Shown one piece after another: positions 53,923 through 63,659 of a DNA stretch of 64,000 bases. The position numbers were made by a program, and so were the translations under genes. Each line of letters opens with the position of its first letter. Positions within the stretch are counted from its first letter, which is position 1. The notes beneath the pieces were generated by a model. The model saw only the letters and a list, made by a program, of their open reading frames with translations. It was not told the origin of the DNA and made no database searches. The DNA comes from an uncultured virus (IMG/VR IMGVR_UViG_3300032087_004917) (lineage: Duplodnaviria; Heunggongvirae; Uroviricota; Caudoviricetes): IMG/VR virus record IMGVR_UViG_3300032087_004917; one strand, written 5' to 3'.

Positions 53923-54881
53923 ACTCTTGGTGGTCCGTATCGATATTTATGAGTGGATGCCAGTTTGTTCTGTCTGCCGTACTTATGTGCAAGATATCCC
54001 TCACAAAGAATCCGAGTAGTCGCATCATCGTTGTTGAAACAAATAGTCTCTGCCATTCTGTGACCACCGTTGTCAGCCCCGTAAATAAATCCAGTCGCTT
54101 GGGCTGACACCAGACCGAAAATATTTCTAGGTCCGGTGTCTGCCATATCTGCGTCATGACCTGTACCTGTGGCGAGAGAAACACCATTGTTGAAGAGTTC
54201 GGCATTACCGCTACCATCTCTGTCATACGCAAACATAAAAGAATCTTCGTCAAAGATTTGAGAATTTCCTGCTTTAGACTCAACCGTGTTTGATAAGGTG
54301 CTGCTTCCGCATTTTGCACTAATCACCAGTGTGCTTGGGTCACTGCTGCCGTTTGAAGAGACTGTGAGTTTATACTCAAAGTTACTCGCTGATGATGAAC
54401 CATTGCCATCGGAGGCGATTGTTAGTTTTGTTCCAGAGTAGGGGACAGACGCACTTTCAGATCTTGTGAGTCTACATACACCAATGATTGTGAATGCACC
54501 AGTGCCGGGGTCGATTCTTGGAGCATTAGAGTCAGAAAAAGACAAACAACCGCCATGTTGTGATCCATTTGACGATCTATAAGTCGGGAAAGTCTTTGCG
54601 TTTTGTGTTCCAAATGATATTCCAGCACTCTGAAACTGACAAGTATTAATGCTAGAAAACTGTTGGTTAGTAGGTGTTCCTGCTTCGTAACCATTGAAAC
54701 TTGAGTCAATCCATTTATTCTGTGCGAGGTCTGATGTGGAGGTTGACTCACCGTTGTGTGGACGAATCATCTCTGGTCGCATCCAGTAAACGAGATCGTT
54801 GCCAATGTTTGCCGGTGTCCATAAGCGACTACCGGCAGGTATCGCTTGATTATTTTGTTTTCTAATTGCTGAACTTTTCAT
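53919..54881 (-). CDS. LamG/concanavalin-like virion protein
   Basis: WTPA..LVYW, W.D.S.NG, EGYLAHKYG..L...H.Y signature. Confidence 0.65.
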   Translation of the reverse strand: MKSSAIRKQNNQAIPAGSRLWTPANIGNDLVYWMRPEMIRPHNGESTSTSDLAQNKWIDSSFNGYEAGTPTNQQFSSINTCQFQSAGISFGTQNAKTFPTYRSSNGSQHGGCLSFSDSNAPRIDPGTGAFTIIGVCRLTRSESASVPYSGTKLTIASDGNGSSSASNFEYKLTVSSNGSSDPSTLVISAKCGSSTLSNTVESKAGNSQIFDEDSFMFAYDRDGSGNAELFNNGVSLATGTGHDADMADTGPRNIFGLVSAQATGFIYGADNGGHRMAETICFNNDDATTRILCEGYLAHKYGRQNKLASTHKYRYGPPRV

Positions 54882-54882
54882 T

Positions 54883-55623
54883 TTACACCTTTGCGTATGG
54901 GGGTCTTACGTCAAGACTACCTCGTTTGAGAAGCGTTGCCGCAGTTTTGTCTTCACCTGAGTCTGCATCGATCACAGGCATTTGATTTCTTGGCGGTGCG
55001 CCAGTTGGTGGTTTCTTGGATTGAATAAACTTAAGTCTTTTTGCAAGTTCGGCTTCTCCGCCAATACTTTCCAACCAAGCCACTGCTTTGTTTCTATCGT
55101 AAAATTTAGGATTCATATTTTTACCGCTCATTATCGCATCCATCGCATCTTGAATGGTCGCGTTATAAATGTTGACATCGCCACCTGCTGGCTCACCTCT
55201 TCTTTTATTACCAAATGCATCACCCAACGAGCGAAGCACAGGGACTAGATCACCAATACCAAGATCGACCTCTGTTCCAAAAATCTTTGCCTTTGGCTCG
55301 GCAAAAAGAGTGGCAGCCCAACGATGGTGTCCATCAAGAATATGATCATCGCCAGAAACCATCGAACCTAAGTTTCCACCCTTAACTCCACCGACAGCCA
55401 TACCGAGCGACTTACCAAGATAGATTGCAGACTGTGATGGTTTGAGTTGATTCGCACTCCAACTTCTAAACTTTGTGTTTACTTTATCATCTGCATCTGA
55501 TCCGTCCATCTCACCCTTTTTCTGAAAGATATTTTTGATCCTTCCGCGAAGTGGATTAGGAAACTCAGAGACATCAATCTCTTTAGCCGCCATTTCTGTA
55601 ACAAAACTTTTGAAAGATTTCAT
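54883..55623 (-). CDS. ParB/sulfiredoxin-like domain protein with capsid-targeting leader
   Basis: LKPSQ ... ILDGHHRWAA; MKSFKSFVTEM leader. Confidence 0.75.
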   Translation of the reverse strand: MKSFKSFVTEMAAKEIDVSEFPNPLRGRIKNIFQKKGEMDGSDADDKVNTKFRSWSANQLKPSQSAIYLGKSLGMAVGGVKGGNLGSMVSGDDHILDGHHRWAATLFAEPKAKIFGTEVDLGIGDLVPVLRSLGDAFGNKRRGEPAGGDVNIYNATIQDAMDAIMSGKNMNPKFYDRNKAVAWLESIGGEAELAKRLKFIQSKKPPTGAPPRNQMPVIDADSGEDKTAATLLKRGSLDVRPPYAKV

Positions 55624-55853
55624 CCGCCACCCTTTGCTATCATAATTGCTGCCATATAATCATTGGCATCTTTTTCGTTCTTGTAAACTTTCTTTAACTC
55701 TTTTGCGTGTTGTCCACCCGGAGTCATGATACGCTGACGTTTTGTTTTGCCGCCCTTTGTTTTAACAGTTTTGAATTTGTCTGCATAAACACCAAATCCA
55801 CCATCTGGCATTTTACGAACATCCTCATCAATAAACTGCTTGAACGACATCAT
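55620..55853 (-). CDS. small putative internal head protein
   Basis: MMSFKQFIDED leader. Confidence 0.7.
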   Translation of the reverse strand: MMSFKQFIDEDVRKMPDGGFGVYADKFKTVKTKGGKTKRQRIMTPGGQHAKELKKVYKNEKDANDYMAAIMIAKGGG

Positions 55854-58204
55854 TACTTTTTACTCCAAGTCCCGCCTTTGCTCTTGTACCACTTAGATGC
55901 CCAAGCGTTGGCATAGGCTGATGGATAAACATCAAACTTTGCTTTTGCTTTTGCAATGGCTTTTTTCCACAGGGCTGGGTTGTTTGGCTTGTTCTCACCC
56001 TCTGAGATAAAGTCTGTGAATGACATGTACGATTCGTTTTTCTTGTCCAAACCTTTTGCTCCTGTTTTCACCATGACTGGTTTTTGTCCTTTTTTAGACT
56101 CCCCACCCTTGGCTTTGTCTCCGGCTTTCTTTTGTGCATCGCGTTTACGTCTGACAAAATCTGCGATGCCTTTTTTTCCAAGTTGCTTTGCTTTTTCGGC
56201 AGAGAGACACGCCGAGTATGCTGCACCTTTCTTTGCATCACCACACTTGCCGATACGTTCACCTGCCGTGTTAAACCTATCCCAACCACCACTTTCTTTG
56301 CCGCCGCCTCCGCCTTTGCCGAACCAGTCGCCAAGTCCAGAGTCTTTGTAGACCTCCTCGTTCACATCTTCTGCGATAATTTTATAGTTCTCTCGTCGAA
56401 GTTGGTTTTTTGCCATGTGCATTCTGACATATTTCTTACTGAAATAGTCGTCCACAATCTCTGTGGCTCTCTTCAAGTCTTTCTTTGCAACCACGAAGGT
56501 ATCCGATGAACCTTTTTGTCTAACATCGGCTGGTTGATTCAAGACTTGAATGCCATTGAGAATCAAATGATCAAGCACCGCCGCACGATTCTTTCTTTGT
56601 CTTGACATCCTCGGACCCGGCTTACCACCACGACCACTTTTACCTCCGTGAGATGTGGTAGCCTGACCGGGAAGGTAGGCTTCCTCTTTCAGTTTAGCCT
56701 TGATACCTGATTTGACACCTTCTGGAACCTTTGCCCACAAGTCTTTGTCTGTGGTCTTTTGTGTTTTACCACCTGTCAAGAAAGAGTTGATTCTTGCGAA
56801 AGCCCACTGTTGTTGAGCGATGCCGGGACGATGACCAGTTCTCCATGCCGCCATGCCTCTATCATAAACTTGTTTCAAGATTCCATAAGACACGCCAGTT
56901 TTCTTTGCTTTGTTTTCAATACCCTTAATTTTTTTCTCTTCAATATATTCTATGAAAGACTCACCAAACGCTTTCTGAAACTTGGCAGTGGCTTTTGATT
57001 TTTGTTGTGATTTCTTTTTATCGATGATAGATGGATCTTCTACGTCATCAACTGGCTTGTAGGCATCGGGATGATCCTTTGGCAATTCCATTCTTTTCTC
57101 GATTTCTTTTGCTTTTTGTTTTGCCTCTTTGTCGCTCAGTCCGCTCACATACTTTTTAGGAAGACCACTACCCTTGTCTCTCGGGGCTTTTCGTTCTTCT
57201 TGCATCTCTTTCGTTTTCTTTTTCATCTGCTCGATATACTTTCGATACACCGCAGCCTCAGCAGTTTTCTTCATCACCTTGGCTCGTTGCTCCATTGCAA
57301 TCGCAGCCTGAATCTTGTGAGCGTGCGTCCGGTCAGACGCTTTGATTTTTCGAACCGATGCCTCGGCAGTCTCTACATCCTTGAAACCAAGTCCGTGAAT
57401 TGTGCCTCTTGGGTCTTCGTCTGTATACAAATCTGAATGAGTATCAGGGTCTTGATTCTTTCGTGTTTTTGGAATCCGCTTTTCTTCTTTCAAAAGTTCC
57501 AGACCATTCTTTTTGCGTAGAGCATTCATTTGTTGAATAATCTTTTTCTGATTTGGCGATCCCGGCATGGTCTTCAACGACTTCATAAACAACTTGTTGT
57601 GTTCACGCTCATCTTTTTCGTCTTTCCACTCACCCTCGGTCATTTCGGCATACTCACGAAACATAAGGTGCTTTCTCAAACTTGGATCGATCAAAACTTG
57701 CACCATGATCTCTCCCTTAGTTCCCTTGACAACTTTACCTTTGATAGACTCTGCTTTCTTCTGTGCAGACTCTTCTGAGTCGTATACAAAAGGCTCTCCA
57801 TCTTTATTTTGAACAACAGAGATTTCTTTATCGGATGCGATACGAACTTTTACAGCCTCTTCGATTGATTTACAATCACACCCACAATCACATCCCTCTT
57901 CCTCCACTTTGCCTTGTTTAAGAAGTTTTGAGACAGGATTACCCTTTTCCCAAAACTTACAAGACCAGTAACCCGGAGTGGTTTTGTCTTTTTTCTGATC
58001 ACAGTTATGCCTAGCCCTAAAGTTTTTCAATCTTTCTGGATCATCACGTTTGATCGACAAATTGGGGTCACCATACTCAACTTTAATAATATTACCCGTA
58101 TCAGGATTTTTTACATAGACACCAAACTTCTTGCTAGACCCTTGTGGGAGCCTAAACGGATCATCTAATTTAACCTTTTTGCCTTTGTATTCGCCTGTAG
58201 CCAT
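55853..58204 (-). CDS. modular basic polyprotein (putative head-internal, protease-processed)
   Basis: String of short basic modules separated by [ILVM]xEE linkers and internal leader-like motifs (MFREYAEMTE, SFIEYIEE, MSFTDFISE). Confidence 0.75.
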   Translation of the reverse strand: MATGEYKGKKVKLDDPFRLPQGSSKKFGVYVKNPDTGNIIKVEYGDPNLSIKRDDPERLKNFRARHNCDQKKDKTTPGYWSCKFWEKGNPVSKLLKQGKVEEEGCDCGCDCKSIEEAVKVRIASDKEISVVQNKDGEPFVYDSEESAQKKAESIKGKVVKGTKGEIMVQVLIDPSLRKHLMFREYAEMTEGEWKDEKDEREHNKLFMKSLKTMPGSPNQKKIIQQMNALRKKNGLELLKEEKRIPKTRKNQDPDTHSDLYTDEDPRGTIHGLGFKDVETAEASVRKIKASDRTHAHKIQAAIAMEQRAKVMKKTAEAAVYRKYIEQMKKKTKEMQEERKAPRDKGSGLPKKYVSGLSDKEAKQKAKEIEKRMELPKDHPDAYKPVDDVEDPSIIDKKKSQQKSKATAKFQKAFGESFIEYIEEKKIKGIENKAKKTGVSYGILKQVYDRGMAAWRTGHRPGIAQQQWAFARINSFLTGGKTQKTTDKDLWAKVPEGVKSGIKAKLKEEAYLPGQATTSHGGKSGRGGKPGPRMSRQRKNRAAVLDHLILNGIQVLNQPADVRQKGSSDTFVVAKKDLKRATEIVDDYFSKKYVRMHMAKNQLRRENYKIIAEDVNEEVYKDSGLGDWFGKGGGGGKESGGWDRFNTAGERIGKCGDAKKGAAYSACLSAEKAKQLGKKGIADFVRRKRDAQKKAGDKAKGGESKKGQKPVMVKTGAKGLDKKNESYMSFTDFISEGENKPNNPALWKKAIAKAKAKFDVYPSAYANAWASKWYKSKGGTWSKK

Positions 58205-58222
58205 AGCACGCTCCTGCTAGGT

Positions 58223-58230
58223 TATTTAGG
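58223..58230 (-). promoter_or_regulatory. late promoter CCTAAATA
   Basis: TAAATA core, then AGGAG SD and ATG58204. Confidence 0.7.
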
Positions 58231-58233
58231 CAT

Positions 58234-59952
58234 TTATTTCAGGCGGGAAAAGTTTCCGTGCTTCTGAAAGGTGATTTGATTCGCAAATTTATCAACCAGT
58301 TGGTCTGACTTGTGTGAAATCACAAAAATGTGGTTCTTTTCTGACAATTTATTTAAAAGTTTCAAGAAATCATCCGATCCCATTGCATCTAGAGATGCAT
58401 CAAACACCTCATCTAGAATCAAAAGGTTCGTATTCGCAGAGTTCTTGAGCCTTGAAATTTCACGCCACGCCAGCAGGATCGCAAGGTCAATACGCATCTT
58501 CTCACCCTCTGAAAACGACATGTATGAGAATGTATCACGATGCCGACTCTTGATAGTTTCGTTGAAGTTTTCGTCCAACTCAAAAGACACAAAAAACTCC
58601 ATGTCTTTGAGATACTTGTTGATGAGTGTGTTGATTACTGGAAGATAGTATTTGATAACCTTTGCCTTGATACCACTATCCTTGAGCATATCGGCAGCGT
58701 TAGAGTATGTGTTTTTCTTGACGAGCAGATCATCTTTTCTGCCGATGCACTTCTCACGATCCTCTTTCGCTCTTTCAAGTTTATCTTTTGCGTCATCTAG
58801 GTCCGTAGTGTCTTCTGCCCTTGCTTCGCTCAGTTTACGCTCAAGTTTTTCCCCTGCCTTAACGGCATTTTTTCTTGAGGTGTTTTCACGAATACGATCA
58901 TCCGAAAGTTGTCTCACAATTTTTCTAACATCGGCGATTTCGTTTGAACGGTCAACTTGCTTTTGTTCAATTTTCTCCAGATCGACAATAGCCTCTTTCA
59001 ACTGTTCGAGAGTGCCGGATGCTTTTTTAGTTTCAGACTCTTTCATCTCATGAGTGATCTCAGAGTTACACATAGGGCAAGAGTCATGATCATGGAAAAA
59101 GTTAATATTTTTCTTTAGATTTGACAACTCTCGCTCAAGTTTAGACTTTGCCGTTTCATATTTTTTAATCTTTGTCTCAACATCTTTTTCGTCACTAATA
59201 CTAGCCAGTGCCTTTTCAATTTCTTGATCCAGCCTCTCAATCTCTTGCGTGTGTTGATCTTGCTCTTCTCTGTTTAGTTTGATCTCTTCCTCAAGACTTT
59301 CAATCTGTTGACTGTTTTTCTTTTGTAGTGACTCAATCAAAGTGATCACACCTGTCGCTCGCTCTTTGTTAATCTGGAGTGTTTTGTTGATATCGGTAAT
59401 CTCACCCTTAACAAGTGAGGTCTTGTCCCGAAGAACAACGTTCATGTTTGAAAACACTTGAATATCAAGAATGTCTTCGATGACCGCTCTTCGATCAGCG
59501 GCAGAAAGTTGCATGAACGGAACAAACGAGGATGAGCCTAGAATCACAACCTGAGTGAAAGACTTGTAGTTCATGCGAAGAATCTGCTCTTCCAACATGC
59601 GTTGATAATCTTTTGATTTTGCTGCGATGTTCACCAAATCATCATTTTTGAACACTTCAAATACTTTTGGCTTCAAACCTCTTCGAATCAGATAACTATC
59701 ATCCCCAACAGAAAACTCAACTTCAACGAGGCAGTCTTTTTCGTTTAGTGAGTTAACGAGTTGTGGGATATTGATTTTACGAAAAGGCTTGCCGAATAAA
59801 GCGAAGGTGATGGAATCAAGCAAGGCAAATGACTTACCGTGTCCGTTCAAGCCTGTGATCAGACTTGTCTGATGTCGATCTAGTTCAACCTCTGTGAAGT
59901 TGTTTCCGAAAGAACCAAAATTTTTGAAACGCACTTTCTTAAAATTAATCAT
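58234..59952 (-). CDS. gp46: recombination exonuclease ATPase subunit (T4 gp46, Rad50-like)
   Basis: GLNGHGKS, CPMC hook, FSEGEKMRID, LILDEVFD, ISH. Confidence 0.96.
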   Translation of the reverse strand: MINFKKVRFKNFGSFGNNFTEVELDRHQTSLITGLNGHGKSFALLDSITFALFGKPFRKINIPQLVNSLNEKDCLVEVEFSVGDDSYLIRRGLKPKVFEVFKNDDLVNIAAKSKDYQRMLEEQILRMNYKSFTQVVILGSSSFVPFMQLSAADRRAVIEDILDIQVFSNMNVVLRDKTSLVKGEITDINKTLQINKERATGVITLIESLQKKNSQQIESLEEEIKLNREEQDQHTQEIERLDQEIEKALASISDEKDVETKIKKYETAKSKLERELSNLKKNINFFHDHDSCPMCNSEITHEMKESETKKASGTLEQLKEAIVDLEKIEQKQVDRSNEIADVRKIVRQLSDDRIRENTSRKNAVKAGEKLERKLSEARAEDTTDLDDAKDKLERAKEDREKCIGRKDDLLVKKNTYSNAADMLKDSGIKAKVIKYYLPVINTLINKYLKDMEFFVSFELDENFNETIKSRHRDTFSYMSFSEGEKMRIDLAILLAWREISRLKNSANTNLLILDEVFDASLDAMGSDDFLKLLNKLSEKNHIFVISHKSDQLVDKFANQITFQKHGNFSRLK

Positions 59953-60998
59953 ATATCAAACGACTCAAGGAAAAGTTCCTTGAACACCTCTTTCAATCTT
60001 TTACACTCTTCCGGGTCATCGGAAAATACATCATCAACATAAGAGTTAATTAATGTCATCGTATCAGTCGCAAGATCCTCTTGCTCAACTTCGACATTTT
60101 GACTCGTCGGTGTTTCATTTTCTAGAATTGTGACGCTCTCTGCTTTGCTATCGTATAATCGCTCGATGAGCCTATCAAACTTTTTAGCGTCTTTCTTTTC
60201 GTGAACAAAAACTTTGATATATCGCCCGGCGTATTGACGGAAATCAATCATCGCAAGGTCGATATCATCGTCATACTTTATCGCATGAAAAAGATTGTCG
60301 GGATTTGGTACAAACTCAATTTCATCTGTCTCGGTATCGTAAATGTGAAAACCTTTCTTTTCAAAAAGGTCTGCAAATGTCATCTGATACGCAGTGCCAA
60401 AATAACAAATATTATTTTCTTCATGTTTGATATGAAAATGACCCGACCAAACTTTGTCAAATCTTTGCAGCATATCTGGCTTCATGCCGTCTGTATGTTT
60501 CACACCACGCATGACTTGATATCCCTCTAGTTCAAAGTGTCCTGCAAGGATAGTCGCGTCTGTTTGGTTGATAAAGTCAATCGACTCTTGTTCGTTGCCT
60601 TTGTTGATCCACGGAACCATCGCAATCTTTGTGTTATCGAAGGTCAGTTCAACGGGGCTGTCGTAAATGTGAAAGTCTGGGTAACGAGAGCCAAATAACT
60701 CTTTTGGTGAGTTGACTTCGTTTGTATTTTTGAAGTAGGTGTCGTGGTTGCCGACAATGCAGTGGACTTCCATGCCTTGAAGTCGATCCATAAATCGCTC
60801 ACGAACCTGAGCAAGCGTATTGAAGTTGACAAACTTCCGGCGATCCATTAGGTCGCCCAAGTGTAATACAGTTTTTACACCACGTTCTTCGCAGGCGGGA
60901 AAGAATACATCATCAAAAAATTTGAAGTAGTAATCTAGAAAAATTTGCCCATCGTTTCTTGCCCCGAAGTGTGTGTCACACAGGATGGCTATTTTCAA
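59949..60998 (-). CDS. gp47: recombination endonuclease subunit (T4 gp47, Mre11-like)
   Basis: DTHFG, LGD..DRRK, GNHD, GHFE, SGHFH. Confidence 0.96.
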   Translation of the reverse strand: MKIAILCDTHFGARNDGQIFLDYYFKFFDDVFFPACEERGVKTVLHLGDLMDRRKFVNFNTLAQVRERFMDRLQGMEVHCIVGNHDTYFKNTNEVNSPKELFGSRYPDFHIYDSPVELTFDNTKIAMVPWINKGNEQESIDFINQTDATILAGHFELEGYQVMRGVKHTDGMKPDMLQRFDKVWSGHFHIKHEENNICYFGTAYQMTFADLFEKKGFHIYDTETDEIEFVPNPDNLFHAIKYDDDIDLAMIDFRQYAGRYIKVFVHEKKDAKKFDRLIERLYDSKAESVTILENETPTSQNVEVEQEDLATDTMTLINSYVDDVFSDDPEECKRLKEVFKELFLESFDI

Positions 60999-61525
60999 AA
61001 GAGTTCTCCGTCACCATTTTTCTTCTTCTTTTTCTTACGACCTTTTTTCTTCGGCTCTATATTTACGATATCGTTTTCAGTGAGTCTAAGATAATCGGCA
61101 TAAGGATCTTTTGATACTTTCTCTGGATCTAGCATAGCCGCCAGTTCACCTTTTGCATCGGCGGCTTCCATCAGTTTGTATTTGATGGTGTCTTGTTTTT
61201 TCTCACGCTGGATTCTTCTTAGAAATGCATAGTAAGTAATCTGTGTAAAATACGCGAAAGGATTCTTTGACTTTTCGGGATCAAAGTTTGCGGCGTACAT
61301 CAAACAGTTTTCAATTGCATCTCCAACCATCTCATCACGGAAAGGATAATTTACAAAGTTGGGTCGCGTAGACAGTCGCTCGGCAATCAAAAGAAAACAT
61401 TCACCGATATACTCAGTAACAGGTGGCTTAGGATCATCAGTTTCCTGAGCGTCCTTTACCTGTTCTTTCCATTTCACCATTTCGGCAAAAAAGTGTTTGT
61501 TATCGATGTAGTGAGAGTCCGACAT
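60995..61525 (-). CDS. gp55: late-transcription sigma factor (T4 gp55)
   Basis: HYIDNK, YIGECF..IA, PNF.NY, DAIENC, NPFAYFTQI..AFLRRIQREKKQ. Confidence 0.96.
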   Translation of the reverse strand: MSDSHYIDNKHFFAEMVKWKEQVKDAQETDDPKPPVTEYIGECFLLIAERLSTRPNFVNYPFRDEMVGDAIENCLMYAANFDPEKSKNPFAYFTQITYYAFLRRIQREKKQDTIKYKLMEAADAKGELAAMLDPEKVSKDPYADYLRLTENDIVNIEPKKKGRKKKKKKNGDGELF

Positions 61526-61531
61526 GATGTA

Positions 61532-61559
61532 AGTTTACCTCAAAAAAGTATCAAGTCAA
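61532..61559 (-). promoter_or_regulatory. sigma70-type promoter TTGACT-N16-TAAACT-N6-ATG (leaderless) for gp55
   Basis: -35 at 61554-61559, -10 at 61532-61537, ATG at 61525. Confidence 0.7.
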
Positions 61560-62150
61560 GTAATCATCTACATTTGGTGACCAGTCCCAATAACGTGTCC
61601 CGTAATCGGGGGAGTCCTTGTCATCTTTGATAATTTTGACATCTGGATCGTCCTCATCGAAATCAATACCCATTCTTTCGAACATTGACTCGATTGCGTC
61701 CTCAGTGTCCTCTTCAACTTGTTCTCTCATAGAATCAATTTTTGCTGCAACAATTTTAAGAATATTATCAATATTTGGTTTTTGTTGCTCTGGCTCATTC
61801 ATAAATGGAAAATTCATCTGACCAGTTCTCTTGAGATGGTTCATCATATCTTGTGGATTATCGTCCATTCTTTTTTGCAGATCATATGCCTTTGCAATAT
61901 CGGGGTCTGGATCAAAAATACCAAGAATATGATCCTTTGGGATTTCAATATGATTTGAGGTTGTTGTTTTCAACCAGTCAACAAGAACCAGTGTCTCTCT
62001 TTTCATTCCACTGGAGTTATCAACGAAATGCATGAATTTAAGATACATCGGTCTTTCGAGTTTGATACTCTCTTTGCTATTTGCAATAAGTCGTGCGATG
62101 ACATCATCACCACTCTTTAGTTTCAAAATCCTAAAGGGGGTTTTCTTCAT
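61551..62150 (-). CDS. conserved hypothetical protein (Sm-like N-terminus) between uvsW and gp55
   Basis: ILKLKSGDDVIA..LERPM..W pattern; synteny. Confidence 0.7.
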   Translation of the reverse strand: MKKTPFRILKLKSGDDVIARLIANSKESIKLERPMYLKFMHFVDNSSGMKRETLVLVDWLKTTTSNHIEIPKDHILGIFDPDPDIAKAYDLQKRMDDNPQDMMNHLKRTGQMNFPFMNEPEQQKPNIDNILKIVAAKIDSMREQVEEDTEDAIESMFERMGIDFDEDDPDVKIIKDDKDSPDYGTRYWDWSPNVDDYLT

Positions 62151-63645
62151 TTCGTTCTCCTTGTAGTGGAATTGCGATTACCTTGTAATCAAATTTTTCT
62201 GCGTCATATATCTTTCGTCGCTCAAAAAAGTGACGTAGTGTGTGATTCTGATATTTTTTCCATGATAAATCGTCAACTATATCATAGAGTCGTGCGGTGC
62301 TTTTGTGAACAGACTTTCTAAGTTGTCTTCCAATACTCTGTAGCACCCTGACCCGACTCTTTGACGGTGACGCGAACACAATATTATTTAGGCGACGGAT
62401 GTTTATACCAGTGCTAAATGTTCCATATGATGCCAAAATGATACCGTCATCAATTTTTTCTGCAATATTTCTTGCGTGTTCGCGTTGTTCTACATCTGTT
62501 CCTCCGTGAATGAAAAACACAGGTTTACCACAATTTTTTAACATTTCGTGAAGAACCTTTCCGTGTTTCTCAACAAACTGAAACAGAATCAGAGTGTTTC
62601 CTTTTGTGCTTTTTGCCAGATCACAAATAAATTTATTTCGCCTACTATCAGTTATCAGCCACTCAATCTCATCTTGATATGGCGTTCTTCTCATCAGTTG
62701 CCTATTAGAACCTGTGTAGTTTAGCACCAAACAGTCGATAGTCAAGTTAGATAGAAGATCTTGCTCCATAAGTTTCTTGGTGGTGATTACCTTTTTAGTT
62801 GGACCAAACAAACCTTCAATCACAAGTTTGTGAGTCAACATCCCGTCTAGTGTTCCCGTCATCGCAATCCGATAGGGACACCGTGTGAGTTGAGTCATAA
62901 TTGAACTCAGCGACTTCGATTTGAACAAGTGTGCTTCGTCGCCAAAAACTGTTCCAAATTGCTGAAAGTATTCTTTTGGCATTTTGTGTAATGATTGCCA
63001 TGTTGATATCACGACTCTCTTTCTTGTATTTTTTTCCTTGCCTGCATACATGATGTGACAGTTTTCTACAGGGTTCCAGTTTGAGTCCATACCGGCGTAG
63101 TCACGAATGTCTGAAAACATTTGTGATACCAGTCCGATGGTCGGGACAATGATCAAGACTTTTTGATCTTTTGGTAGTAAATTTAAATAGTGCCTTAGAA
63201 GCGTATAGATGACCAGTGACTTACCAGAGCCAGTGGGTGATAGCATCAGACACCTATTTTTATTCATAGCGTGTAAGATGGCTTCTTTTTGGTGTTCGTG
63301 TGGATCTACTCTTTTACCACCAATGCTAATCTTGATGGATTCTAAGAATGTCTCTAGATATTTTTCTGTAACAGGTGAGGGAGATCCTCTATTCGGAACC
63401 TCAAGACTGTAATTACGATCCTCACAGAATTTGTGAATGTATGCCTCTAGACCTGCATAGATCTTTTGTGAATATAAGTTGTAGAGTTTGATCTGCCCGT
63501 CCCATCTTTTTTGTCGATAGGCAGGCATGAATTCTCTTCCCGGCACTTTGAAAGTAAAGTGATCTGAGAGTTCTTTTGCTAAGTGCTTTTCACAACGAAC
63601 ACGGATTTGAGAAGAATCCAAGTCCTCAATAGTAAAATCGGGCAT
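62131..63645 (-). CDS. uvsW: UvsW DNA helicase
   Basis: WDGQIKL, SPTGSGKS, DEAH, TGT, LQSIGR. Confidence 0.96.
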   Translation of the reverse strand: MPDFTIEDLDSSQIRVRCEKHLAKELSDHFTFKVPGREFMPAYRQKRWDGQIKLYNLYSQKIYAGLEAYIHKFCEDRNYSLEVPNRGSPSPVTEKYLETFLESIKISIGGKRVDPHEHQKEAILHAMNKNRCLMLSPTGSGKSLVIYTLLRHYLNLLPKDQKVLIIVPTIGLVSQMFSDIRDYAGMDSNWNPVENCHIMYAGKEKNTRKRVVISTWQSLHKMPKEYFQQFGTVFGDEAHLFKSKSLSSIMTQLTRCPYRIAMTGTLDGMLTHKLVIEGLFGPTKKVITTKKLMEQDLLSNLTIDCLVLNYTGSNRQLMRRTPYQDEIEWLITDSRRNKFICDLAKSTKGNTLILFQFVEKHGKVLHEMLKNCGKPVFFIHGGTDVEQREHARNIAEKIDDGIILASYGTFSTGINIRRLNNIVFASPSKSRVRVLQSIGRQLRKSVHKSTARLYDIVDDLSWKKYQNHTLRHFFERRKIYDAEKFDYKVIAIPLQGERNEENPL

Positions 63646-63651
63646 ACATTA

Positions 63652-63659
63652 TATTTATG
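63652..63659 (-). promoter_or_regulatory. late promoter CATAAATA, 6 nt before the uvsW ATG
   Basis: TAAATA core; no SD between it and ATG63645. Confidence 0.55.
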
